A DNA stretch of 32,000 nt from Wallemia ichthyophaga EXF-994 (lineage: Eukaryota > Fungi > Basidiomycota), in contig NW_008806274.1 of assembly GCF_000400465.1 (NCBI RefSeq), positions 390,244 to 422,243 on the forward strand. The letters run 5' to 3'. Under the pieces are notes generated by a model that ran no database searches, had not been told where the DNA came from, and worked only from the letters and a program-made list of their open reading frames with translations. Positions 10,195 to 23,182 of this stretch are shown here, in pieces. Both the position numbers and the translations under genes were made by a program. Each line of letters starts with the position of its first letter. Position 1 is the first letter of the stretch.

Positions 10195-12138
10195 ATGGGC
10201 TCAATTTATTATAAATTTAAATCGTCAAAGATCACTTCAAGGGTTAATATCGATGGTACCTCTTTATCTGTTTTCGATTTAAAGAGAGAAATCTTGTTAT
10301 CTAATCGTATGGCTATAAATAAGGGAAACGATTTCGATTTGATTTTATTAAGAGACACTCCTGGTCAAGAAGGTATTTCGTATTCTACTCACTATCCTCA
10401 CTTTACTCACTAGCTCATTCTCACTCAGAGTATCATGATGATAATGAAATGATTCCTCGTTCTACTTCAGTTTTAGTTAAAAGGTCTCCACCTAAAATTC
10501 CGAATAGAGGCTCTGCTGCTAAATACACCGCCGATGCTCCTGTCATGGCTGACTCAAATTCATCCCAACCAAAACCACCATTACCTGTTTTAGGCTCTAT
10601 GTCCAAACGTTTTGATGGAAAGGATGAAAACAAGTCACAACAGCTTCTCAACCAATCTGTTTGTTGCCTATTCATCCCTTCTTCTTCCCTCTGATCAAAA
10701 ACAGTCTGAATCTGGTCAGCAAGAATCTGAACAAGACGCCATTTCTGCCATGTTCAAAGCATCTGAACAGCAATGGGAAGAAACTCAACAGCATATGTCT
10801 ATGTAGGTAATCTCATTGTCATCTACTAATATTCAATCCATTCACAGGGCCACCCCTGTCTACACCAACATGAGGCCTCAAGTAAGAAAACCAATTCCTC
10901 AACCAACTGCTACAGGTGACTCTGCGCCGTCCACATCCCAACCTCAGCCGCAATCTCAACCCCAAGAGTCATCCATGTCCAATGCTATGCCTACCCCACC
11001 TGGCTATGTCTGCTACAGATGTGGAGAGAAAGGTCACTGGATTCAAGATTGTCCCACCAACGGTGATCCTAACTATGAGAACAAACCACGATTCAAACGT
11101 ACAACTGGTATACCAAAGTCATTCTTAAAGACTGTTGATCCTTCTACAGCAGCATTAATGACTAACAATGGTACAAACAACTCTCAAGGTGTAATGATTA
11201 CACCCGATGGTAGTCACGTAATTGCAACTCCCGACATAGCGACCTGGGAAAAATCTAGATCGATCAAATCATCAAAGCTCACTGTCAACGATATCAGAGA
11301 TTCTGAACCCAAGCTACAAGAATTGAAATGTGGCTTGTCTGGTAAACTTCTCAACAATCCTGTCACCTTGCCTTGTTGCAACCTTTCCTTCTCAGATGAT
11401 TACATAAATCACTACCTAATTGAAAATGACTTATTTTGTCCAAATTGTCATTCAAACGTTGGATCTTTAGAGAACTTGAAATCTGACCTAGAACTCAAGC
11501 AGAAGGTCATTGAGTACATCAACGAGGAGCTCCGTCTTGATAAATTAAAAAGAGATGAGAACAATAAAGACGGTGATTCTAACAACCAAACTGATTCAAG
11601 TGACGACACTCAAAAGGATCATTTCCAACAGGCTGATAGAAGGTCGCTATTTCACGATGATATTATTAAGGTGAACAAGATAATACACGACTGTCAATTT
11701 GCAATTATGGCTATATTCGAAGCACTGAAGAATAATGAGGTTAGTTTACTGTTTTGATCGACAGTTCATAGCTTACTTTCAAGTAGCTCGATGACAAGAC
11801 CAAGTACAAATTTCAAACTCAATTGGTGCAGATAAATGTAAGCAAATTCCCATTCAAACATTTTTGGCTAATCATATAACTAGCAAATCATGAACCTGCA
11901 ACAAGGTCAAGTAATGATGATGATGAATGGAATGGATCCTAAAGTCTTTGGAATGCCACTTTTACCACAGATAAGTGAGTTTGTTTATGACACTCATTGA
12001 TCACAACACTAACTACCCACACCAGATCAAAAGGAGCAACAGGATATCAATCAGACAAAAATCACAGAGCCATCTACCGGACAAAAGAGACAGAATGATG
12101 ATGATAATTACAATAATGAAAGACCTTCAAAGCGTTGA
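10195..12138 (+). CDS. MPE1: Cleavage/polyadenylation factor Mpe1 (RBBP6-like), multi-exon
   Basis: DWNN domain SIYYKFKSSK...LSVFDLKREI, PRSTSVLVKR, zinc knuckle CYRCGEKGHWIQDCP, RTTGIPKSFLK and a RING-like C..C/CPNC region. The 3' exons were joined by eye. Confidence 0.88.
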
Positions 12139-12313
12139 TTATCATCTCATTGATTACCAGCCCTGCCTCTGAGTGAGCACATTCAAACATATCGAACTGT
12201 ACAGATGTAATTTATAATCGCATAAATCATATTCCTGCTCTTTGTAACATGAATGAGCGTGCAATGATAATAGCATTAAAGAATACAGTAGCGTTGTTAC
12301 AAAAAAAATCAAG

Positions 12314-14050
12314 TTATACCAAGCTGGTCATTTCAATCGCACCCAGCTTCAGCAATACTTTCACAGCATTCGCGATGATTTTTTGCGAATTCTTTCTGTT
12401 TAGACAGCTGTGCTTTCATTTTTGATCTTCTGACAACTTTTCCAGGCATTTACTATAAATCATATTTAAGAAAAGCATGTTGCACAGCGTTCTAGCCGAT
12501 TTGTCAAATTTTCCCATAATCCTTAATATTGCGTAGCAGTATGAAGCATCTGAAGTGACTGTCCTTCAGTTGAGTGACTGAAAGTATTACCGCTTTACTG
12601 ATCATACCCTCTACAGCTTCAGCTAATCCTCATACAGATAACGAACATTAGCTGAGTTAAACGCGCTCGAGAAAGGCTTGGCTCATCTCAATGTCATGAA
12701 TGACAGCGACATGACGAGCAACAGATGAAAGCTTGGCAGGCAATTCCATTCTTTCGTTCTCTATATTGCACACAAACTACTCATTGAATTTAAATAAGTA
12801 ATGAAATGCTCACAGCCAGCTTGTACAATGAAACCTAAAAGTAATAGCAAGTAAGAAGCCCAAATAATCGTGAGTGTGTGCTTTTTTACTAGGTGTACCT
12901 TATTTGAGAGTTGTGCATGCGCATCTTCCAAATCTCTTTTCATAACGTGGGCTTGTGCTGCTAAATATCTAAGTACCAACTCTGTATTAGCTCTAGTTGC
13001 TTGTAACTTCTCCCTTTTGATATCCTTAATTGATAGACTGCTGGTCTGATATAATTTTCATTGATTAGCTCGACTCCTATGCTAGCATAAGACAAGGAGG
13101 GCAAGTTGACTCCAACTGGGTCTCTGTGTACAATGTAAATTAGTATAAAGGTGAATTCGAGTAGTATAATTAAAGTTGGTAATTAATAGTAGTTTTTCAG
13201 CGCATCCATTCACCTCAATCTACCAAACTTCCGTCAGGAGAGGGATTGTCACCAAGAATGACCCTAGCTCGAACCAGTTATCTTCCTTGCCTTTATCAGT
13301 AAGTAAACATTCTTCCTACAAAGCTAGCTTGGAAGATGTAGCGTCTACATGGCGACTATTGTAGACAGATTTGGCAATGAGAAGCAAACAAGGATATATA
13401 CTTGATTTCCGCTCTCATTCCTTACAGATGGTATTTCGGCATGATCTGCGGTGAGTGGTACGTAATTGAATTCTTTGTCTAGCTCGTGCATCTTGGTAGC
13501 AGAGCTCCACGCATCACCACTTACAACATCTGAGCAAGTGGATTCAGCCAAAGCAAGCAGAAGTAAGTCTGTATCGCCGTTTTTCTTTGCGATGTCTGCT
13601 CTTACCTTGAAGCAAGAGGATGGTACATCACTAATCTCAGCTGCCAGTGGAATTGATAGAACCACTCAGTGCGTTTCTTCTTCTTGGTATCAGTAATGGC
13701 ACGTTTGAGCAAAAGATGTGCGAGCCAAGAGCTCCTCGCTGATGCGATTCTTATGAGAAGTGCATATGTTTCGAAGAGGTAGTTCTCGAGAAGAGACTTT
13801 GCTTTAAGAGATCGCTGGTTTAGTTATAGAGAGTTTAAGCTAAGCCTATTCTAGAGATCATTCCTTGTGTCTGTGTGGGACCAGGCAGATTTAGACTGGC
13901 TTTGTAAGATATAATTGCGAGATAACAACAATGATGATATTCCGCGAGCAGATCGTTTTGGCTGTCTACAGAGGCAAGGAAGCTATCTGCGTAATATGAG
14001 TAAACCGCTGCAAGAGCGAATAATTGTGAATGCTGCGTGCGTCGTGCCAT
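12314..14050 (-). pseudogene. Decayed full-length paralogue of the SCC4/MAU2-like gene at 28343-30339
   Basis: Collinear protein similarity from start to end: HCCYLAIISYKASLNLPG vs HCCYLAILSYKSSLDLPG; LLKRAITD...EWFYQF; AAQAHVMKRDLEDA vs AAQVHIMRREMEDA. The 3' DNA also matches (acccagcttcagcaatactttcacagc vs acccagtgtcagcaatactatcacagc). In-frame stops at 13835 and 13820, frameshifts near 13650 and 13385, and an intron remnant at 13267-13220. Confidence 0.9.
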
Positions 14051-14516
14051 AGGTGATGGGATGATGAAATCAAGTGACGCAATGCAGTGCTCGATAAGCA
14101 GACATATGATAAAGCGCGTAGAGAATTGTGATGAGGCCTTGTTGTACACGCTTTGAGATCATTTGCGACCGCAAAATCGTGTCACAGCGAATCAATGTCG
14201 CATAAGAAAACAAGAAGACGCGGTAGAGACTGTGATACAAGCCGAATAACACGCTGTAAGTTTAATTACATTTACAAACTCATTTTATATCAAATAAACG
14301 AGGTATGTAAGTGACTGAGCCAAGACAACCGAGGTGCACGCAACCGAAACTGAGAAGTATCGCTGAGCAGTTAAGCAGGGAAAAGCACAACGGGAGGTAT
14401 CCAATTACTAAGCCTCACCTATTCAAACACACTAAATAAAATTTTGTAGTCTGACTCAATCATCTCCGATATAATCATCTTCTTCGCTGTAATCGGTCGA
14501 AACTAAAATTAAAAGG

Positions 14517-16620
14517 ATGCTGCCTAGAAGTGCATTTGCGAAGGCCATCGCTAGCAATACAAGACGCTGCATTTATTCTAACAAGGCTACCGGCTCTCGT
14601 TTCATCAGTTCGAAGCCACCGGCCAAGGATGCAGCAAGCATGTAAGCAGCTTCTAAAACGCTCTCGAAGCACATCTAATTCTGTTACAGCCGCCCACAGC
14701 CATCCCCCGCCTTCCAGCAGTCGCCACCTCCCAAGGCTGTTGGAAAAGAAGTTCAATCGAATACAAAGATAATGCCTTGGGATCTTGACGACTCATTCGT
14801 CGGTATGAGCGGTGGTGAAATATTCTCGGAGCTCATGCTTCGTCACAAGGTCAAGCACGTTTTCGGTTACCCAGGCGGTGCCATTCTTCCTGTTTTCGAT
14901 GCCATTTACAATTCACCTAACTTCGAATTCATTCTGCCACGCCATGAACAAGGTGCTGGTCATATGGCTGAAGGTTACGCTCGTATCACGGGCAAACCAG
15001 GTGTCGTACTCGTCACTTCCGGTCCTGGAGCAACCAACACCATCACTGCAATGCAGGACGCTCTCTCTGACGGTATTCCAATGATTGTTTTCACCGGTCA
15101 AGTCGCTACATCTGCTATCGGCTCTGATGCTTTCCAAGAGGCTGATGTCATCGGCATTTCGAGAAGTTGTACAAAGTGGAACGTTATGATTCAAAACGTT
15201 TCTGAAATCCCAAGAAGAATCAATGAGGCTTTCAAGATAGCGACATCAGGTAGACCAGGTCCTGTCCTCGTCGATTTACCAAAGGATGTTACAGCTAGTA
15301 TCTGCAAAGACGCAATCCCTTCACGCTACACCCAACCACAAGCCCTTCCTCCTCTTCCAAACCCACCTGTTCTATTTCCATCTGATACTGGCCCTGATCT
15401 CAGCTCAATAAAAAGCGCAGCAGAATTAATCAACATAGCTAAACGCCCTGTAATCTACGCCGGTGCCGGTATTCTCAACAGCGAAGATGGTCCAGCAAAA
15501 CTTCGCGAACTTTCTAACAATGGGAACATCCCTGTAACCACTACCCTTCAAGGTTTGGGTACTTTTGACGAACTTGATCCAAAATCTCTTCACATGCTTG
15601 GTATGCACGGATCAGCATACGCCAACTTGGCCATGCAAGAAGCAGATCTTATTATTGCACTTGGTGCACGTTTTGACGATCGTGTTACTGGTAAAGTTGA
15701 TACATTTGCACCAGCAGCCAGAGCTGCTGCCCTTCAAGGACGTGGAGGTATCGTCCACTTTGAAGTGATGCCAAAGAATATCAACAAAGTTGTTCAAGCT
15801 AATGTAGCAGTCGCTGGCGATGTAACACAAAACCTCGGTCATCTTATACCTCACGTTCGCTCAAAGCCACGCGAAGAATGGTTTGACAAAATCGCTGCAT
15901 GGAAGGAAAAGTATCCATTCATCTTTGAAAAGTCTGCTAGCAATTCGATCATGATGAAACCACAAGAAGTAATCGAAGAGCTTGACAAGCAGAGTCGCGG
16001 TAAGAAGGATGACTTTATTCTCACTACTGGTGTTGGTCAGCATCAAATGTGGGCTGCTCAACATTATAGATGGACCGCTCCACGCACCATGGTGACCTCA
16101 GGTGGTCTCGGAACAATGGGTTTTGGTTTACCTGCTGCGATTGGTGCCAAGGTTGCTGCACCAAACAAGACAGTCATTGACATTGACGGTGACGCTTCTT
16201 TCTCGATGACTGCAATGGAATTGCAAACTGCATCTCAGTTCAACATTGGTGTCAAGGTTATTGTTCTTGACAATGCTTTCCAAGGTGAGTTATGTGTTGG
16301 CTATGAAAGCTCATTTTAATACATCTTTAGGTATGGTTCTTCAATGGCAAGATCTTTTCTATGACAACAGATATTCGCACTCCCAAATGATTAATCCAGA
16401 CTTCTGCATGTTAGCCAACGCAATGGGAGTACACGCTATTAAGGTTGAAACTCTTGCAGACTTACCAAAGGCCATGGAAGAGTTCCTGGCACATCCAACC
16501 GACAGACCAGTGTTACTGCACGCCAAGGTCGTCAAGAACGAGCACTGTTATCCAATGGTTGCCGCAGGTAAAGCCCTTCACGAGCAAACTTTGCATCCAC
16601 TTTTAGTGAAAAAGGATTAG
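14517..16620 (+). CDS. ILV2: Acetolactate synthase catalytic subunit, mitochondrial; exons 14517-14641, 14690-16284, 16331-16620
   Basis: FGYPGGAILPVFD, RHEQGAGHMAEGYAR, TSGPGATN, MLGMHG, SGGLGTMGFGLP and the TPP motif DGDASFSM. Exon 1 encodes an Arg/Ser-rich targeting-like leader. Confidence 0.96.
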
Positions 16621-16760
16621 ATACGATCAACGCAGATATTTCTCAGCTATATTATAAACATTTGGGTGTAAGGTTTCATTTTCATAAATTTCTTTACGAT
16701 ATCTCATAAAATTGCATTAATTTTAAATGTGAAATGGAGTATAACTTTATATCATTACGA

Positions 16761-19700
16761 TTAACGTCTCCTGCCTTTTGACTTGGACTCGGCTTCTTCC
16801 TCGCCACCCTTATAGTGTTTGCGATCACTCTTCTCAGCGCGGCGCTCAAGCGCATCCCAAGATTCACCAGATACCTCTGACGCATCAGAAGCGTCAGACT
16901 CTGAACCTCCATCTGAATCATCAAAGTCGTCGCTACCTTCATCATCATCGTCGGATGCATCCTCGGACATATCATACGTAGATTCAGGCTCAGATTCGTC
17001 ACTGCCTTGTTCAGCTTCACCCGATCCACCAAGGAATGTCCATCCACCAGACTCGAAAAAGTCCTTTGGATCTTCGTTGACTGTCTTCATAACAGCTCCC
17101 CAGTTCAATGAAGCAGGACCTTCAGAAAGTGGAATGTCGGATGAATCAAGCCATTCCTTGACGTTGTCGAGCTGAGATGCTTGGATAGAGTTGATGTGCA
17201 TCACCGGTTTGGTGAAGTCTGAAAACACAAAGACGATATCAAATGTCTTCAAACCAAAACTGACTCTTTCCAAGTGTGCCAACTCAACTTCTGCCAATGT
17301 AATTATGGTGAAAGGTGGGTCAGTAAGTTGAACTAAACATTCAGTCGTTGGCTGCAAAAGTACACCAGTTCTGTTTGGTACACCCTGGAAACCAAGCTCA
17401 CGGTATGGGATATCAACGTCGAATCTATCCTCCGAGGCTTCGGCGACTTTCTCAGCAAAGGCTTTAAATTCTTTGTTGAGAGCATTGCGACGTCTACGTT
17501 CTTCCTGTTCCAACTCAATTTCATCCTCATCACCGTATCTAATTTTACGTTTGCGATTACCAGTATCATCGAAAGATGCATCGCTTGCTTCACGGTAAAA
17601 TTGAACATCCTAACAATTGTCAAAAGTTATCAGTTGATTCGTGTGTATACATCTCGAAACCCACCCTAGTTTTCTTTTTACCTATCATGATTGGCGCCTT
17701 GAGGTGGAAGTGAACAAGAACGACTAATTCATGTTCACATGGTTGGAAGAAGAAGTGCTTGACGTTGCTGAAAAGAACATCTATTTTTTGATCCCTCGTT
17801 GGCGTCGTGTATCTTACACCGTTGGCGTGTATGTCAAGATCACCAGCCAGACGCTTTCCCTCGATTGGACGAGCAAAAACCTCACCTAATCTAGTTGGTC
17901 TGCGGCCCCTTATCTCCGTAAGCTTCTCTTGTTCAACAACGTCAGCCATTTCACGTTTTTCGGCTGCGCGCTTCGTAGACAACTTCTTCAATTCGTTGAT
18001 GTCCTTATTTAAGTCGGAGAATCTCAACTTATCAGTAGATCTGAATGTGACCGACCTAATAAACATAGAATCAGGATCTTCGAACACCATGTCTTCCTTC
18101 TTACCAACAGATTGGCCTGGGGTAATGAAGTTAATTCTCAAGCTAGTGTAGTCACCCTCCTCTGTCTTGCTGGTGTTCTTGATTGTTGAAACATGAACAG
18201 GTACAATGAACCCGTTGATTGGAATAATTACAGTTTGTGCTTTAGTGTCCACTAAAATCTACCACAAAGTTAGCAGATAGACTAGCAAAACAGGATCAAC
18301 CCACTCTCAAATCTCTGTTGATAGGCACTTGTTGCTCGCGCTTGTAAGAGTCGAACCTCCTGAACACACCGGGTTGGGAGCCATTTGAAGAATCTTTACC
18401 ACCAGCGAAACGTTGAAGGCCTTCTTCGTTCTTAGCCTCATGGAGGATTCTTTGGTGCTCCTTGATTTTGTGGGAAGTGGATTGGTCAGTCTCACGGCCA
18501 GCGTTACGAGTCTTACCGCGCAACATCCTGCTACCAACAACAGCCCCGTCAAGATCACCCGAAGGTCTCTTCTTCTTTGGTGAGCTGGCTTTCTTTGGTT
18601 TTACCTCTACATCGGTATCTTCCTCGTCGTCGTTCTCCATGAAAAGCATGACATCTCTGTTTGACTTGTTACCCTCAGTCAGGCAATTACCACCTTCATC
18701 TGTGACCAAGACAGTATCGATGAGCGACAAAGCGTAGTTCTTTCCGGATGACTTTGGATCCTTGATATCCGTGAAACCAATCGCCAAGTTGAAAACCATC
18801 CCTTTGGAAATCGTTCTTGTTGATTTTTGACTTATCATAAATGTGGAATCGCGGAAGTAAATACCAGTAGCAAAACCTAAGTTTTTACTCAGCTTGTCTA
18901 AAAGGTCTGGTTTGGTTTTGCGTATAAAGTCGACGGCTGTTTCATATATAGTGGATAATTGGGTTCCTGGCGTCATCTTGCTAAGTACGCGCTTTTGAAG
19001 TTCGAGTAAGAAGGTGTAGTTCTCTTCCTGTGATTTGTGAGGATCGATGAAGAAAGTTCTTCCGATATTAGAGCAATACGACTTGTATCTCATACCCAAA
19101 GAAGCGGTAATAACACCTGCTTTGAGATTGTTTTCGTTTGACATTGCAGATGGCTTGAGGTTGTATTCACCGCCTGACTGTATGATTGGAGTGTAGACTG
19201 TTTCGCTGGAGCTATACTCAATCTGAGTGGTGTTAGCTGGTATAACGTGCAGTGATTAAGTCAAACTGACCTCATTAAAGTTCTTAAGTTTCTTCCAGAA
19301 TGTCAAATCATTAGCATCTGTATGATCTTCATTTTTTGCAGCCTTGCGCTCGATCAATTCCGCAACGGCAAAGTGGTTTATCTTCTTCTCAGAGTCGATG
19401 TAACCCATAATCTTATCAATACCCCATTTAAGGAGATGAGAAGAGAGCTGTGAAGCGTACTTGTGATTCCTCTGCTCATTCAGATCTTTTGGCGCGGTGA
19501 CTGAAGCCATAGCGGGAGTGATATCGACCTCTTGACCAAATTTACCGCTGCTAATGTTATTCCAATCCTCGATGGATTTACCGGTGGCTTCCTCTTTCAT
19601 GAAAAGACCAATAGTCTTGCCTGAGAGCTTGTCGACTACACCCTCCAAAGCTTTTTTCGTTGCTTCTTGGTCTTTAGTCTTTGTGACAAGTTCTACGTTG

Positions 19701-20157
19701 ATATCTGCAGCGTTCTCGAGCTGCTTGAGAATTTTGGCTGTGGAAACGCGTCAGTTTGGCCTGTGATTTGGGAGTGTATACCAACTTTTGGTGTTTGATG
19801 CGATAAATATAATTGTGTTATCTGGTAAAAAGACTGAGATAGTAGTTGGGAATTCATATCCTAGTAACCAGTTCTGTTGTGCGTCTTGTAAGTGCGCTGT
19901 ACGCCTCAAAATGCTTATCTTACGCACCTGAAGCGACGTAGACTTTCTGAAAGTTGAGTCTTCATCCAGATCACCGACTGGGACTATTATTGCCTCCACA
20001 TTACGAAATGCTGCATAGTCCTCATTCTCTGTATCCTGAGATGGCATGTTAAACGGGTAATACGCGATACCTAAATTTACTATCTCACATGCCATGCTGA
20101 CTGGATCTTTTTGTAGCGCTTTTCAAACGATTTTACGTCCAACTCGTAGCCCGACAT
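16761..20157 (-). CDS. SPT16: FACT complex subunit Spt16, multi-exon
   Basis: [70 protein letters not shown] and an acidic tail. ATG at 20157 ([14 protein letters not shown]) found by joining exons. Confidence 0.95.
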
Positions 20158-20257
20158 GATGGCTGCTCACTGAGATAGACTCAACGCGTTTTTTGCAGAT
20201 AAAATACAATTGCAGAAGAAATCAATTACAAGCGAGAATAATACGTCTAATTTTATC

Positions 20258-23108
20258 TCAAAATCCCATTAAGTTCATCACATGATTCCAGTCCGTATCC
20301 TTAGGCGGGGTCGATGAAGTGTGCGTGGTGTTGGTGGTGTTGGTAGTGTGAGTAGAGTATGCAGGTTGTGTAGCGTTTCCTGAGCGTGATGGTTGCACTG
20401 GTTGTTGAAGACTTTGAGGTGGTTGCCCCGATTGAGCAGCATTTGACCAAGCATTAAAAGAATTAATTTGAGGAAAATAGCAATTGTCACTAGAAGAGTT
20501 AAGCTGTGGAATTGGTTTGTTACTTCCGGAAAAGTCCCATAGACTATTGAACATCTCCGTCGAACTCGTACCCGCTGAAGTCTGCAGCAGTGCCTCGTAG
20601 ATCTGATCGGGGGTGTTAGATGAACTGAGCATAACATTAGGATTGAAAGTAGAAGTCTGTGGGAGAGGTTGAGAGTGACTTTGTGGGTGAATAGGTGTAT
20701 GGGTGTTCTGTGGACTAGTCGCAGCTCCGTTATCTCCCTCGTCTCCTTCTCCACTTTCTCCACCAACAAATAAGCCCCTGCGTCTAGATTTTCCGCGAGA
20801 ATTGTTCACCTCATCACCCTCTTGGCCATAATCTTTGTAATTTGGGTAAAACTTAGGTGCCGCGCTGTCACTAATAGGGCTATTCCAGAGGGCATCATGA
20901 GGATCAGCTTTCGACTGAGGAACACGAGTCTGCACGCTATACGATCTCGATCTAGCCGGTGTCCTGATACGAGTTTCGTGACCTTTATTGACAACTCTCG
21001 AGCCCAACCCGAGGAGAACGAGGTGTTCGTCATCAATCCCCTCATCCTCCTCACTGCGCATTGTCCCACGCGCCTCGAGGTGAGCCATACAACGAGCATG
21101 AGCCTTCTTACGCAGCTTATCGAGGGCGGGCACGAAAGCATTCGCACGTTTTCCCGCCGTTGGCAAAGCGCACAAGTCGATGATCTCGCAAAGATCTTTC
21201 CACGCCTCCGATGCCATCGCCGAGCCAGGCGAGAGAATGCACGATGCCGCAGCGCAGATGCCACAAGAGAATAGATGATGGAAGAAATACCAGTGGCGTG
21301 TCGATAACTCCGGAATAAGCGTGTGGATACTGCGCACGAGCGCTACTATTACCCGACAACACTCCATAACGGCGACGTAAGACTGTGAGAATGGAGACCG
21401 AAGTGGGTCCTGAGGATACGTTTTGAGTGCGTGTGCAAAGTATCGCCGGTTCAGATAGAGTAAGCACTCATTCACGTTAAGCGCAAGCGTGTGCTGTTGG
21501 AGTGCTAGCTTCTCACTAAACCCCCCTGAATCCTCTTCGATAGGGTAATTGGAGGAGTTTCTCACAAGCGAAGCAGCCTTACATCGAAGATGAGGCGGTA
21601 TGTTCTTTTCAAACTCCCTAATTCCCCTGTCAACATGAATGACAGTTTCATAGGGAGGCGGGTTGACACCGTAGATATCATCACTGATCCTACAGAGATG
21701 CTTGACGAGCTTGAACTTGAGCGTATGGAAACCGTATCCCTCATCTTTGCCACCGATGTGGAAGTTACGCGCCTCTTCATCCATAGGAAACTCGCAATCG
21801 ATGTGCCTAGCGTGGGTTGAGTACGGTCTGCCGAAACAAATTGACTGAAAAACATCAATAGTGTGAGATTCCCAGAATGTCCTACGACGTTCATTTAGCT
21901 GACGCTGGTCAAATCCCCACCTAGCACCGTCTCTGTGTAAACCCATTGCTTGTATGATGCGCATCTGGACACCTAAAAGTGGCCAGTACGAGTCAGCACC
22001 ACTCAACCTATTCCTATTTAAAAGGTAGCTGCCCATCAAATGAAGTGTCTGCGCGGTGGCTAGTGAGCACTTTGTCATAAATTCGGATGCATTGAGCAGT
22101 GTCTTGGCAGAGCAAAAGTACTTGTGGCAGTCAGGATGACCGAATGGCTCGTCAACGTCGCAGTGTAGACCGATAGCAAGAATCATATACAGCCGAGCGA
22201 GCTGATGAGCGAACTTGACATCAATAGGACCACTATAGATGATTTCAAAGTCTTCATCGAATATTTCCTGAGGGATGACGTAGTACCTGAGTGAGTCAGA
22301 ATGAATGCGTGGCACTGGGAGCAATAAGACGCACAAGCAAGAATCGTAGTCGAAGTACTTGTCGCTTAAACGTCTGGCTTTGTCTATCGGTGGCAATTGC
22401 GACCACATCTGAGTAATGACAGACTCATTAGTGGCACCAGGGAAAGGGAAATCTGAAGGCGGAGTATTCGGGCTGTCTAAATTAACGGGAGAGCCCTCAT
22501 TCAATCTCTCAGATTCCAATTCGTTGTCGCTGATTTGAGCTTCCTGGAATTAATCAGCTCCTATCAGATCGGATGCAGTTACGACTAACATTTTGGAGCC
22601 ATTCAGATCCTGCGCTTGGACCAACGTATCTAGCTTGCCCGGAGATACCGAGAGTCAAGGACCCAAAGCTCTCTGCAAAGTCTTCCTCGTGAAAGGTTTG
22701 TTCCTGAAGTGGTGGAGGCGAGTTGAACGCGTATGCGGCAGAACTGATGATTGGTTCAGTTGGCGGCGGTACTATTTCACCGGCATTTTTTAAGGCACTT
22801 TCAAGCTGATCGATTCTGGTTAGGAGTGATGCCGTATTCGAAACCAAAGCCGTCCTGGACATAGTACCGCCTTTGAGAGTACCATCTGGGCAAATAGCCG
22901 CACATCCACGCTTCTTACACGATGTGCATGGCCATTCTCTATCGCACTAGATATTGTCAGATGGCGCAGAGATTATTGCTGGAGATAACCCACCTTAAGC
23001 TTTAGTCTTCTGCATTCTAGCACATGTCAAGGAATATACAGGCACTATCACAACAAACTCACCGCCACAGCTGAGATTCTGCCTACTCCTTTTCTTTTGG
23101 TTGTTCAT
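20258..23108 (-). CDS. Zn(II)2Cys6 fungal transcription factor with fungal-specific middle homology region
   Basis: Small 5' exons missed by the track splice to MNNQKKRSRQNLSCGECRRLKLKCDREWPCTSCKKRGCAAICPDG. Downstream motifs include AMGLHRDG...ERRRTFWE and DCEFP. Confidence 0.9.
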
Positions 23109-23182
23109 CTATATGACGATTGTGATTAGCGAGGTATTTTACCGAGGAGGCCCACGAATTATATTGTTGACTTTACAAAATT

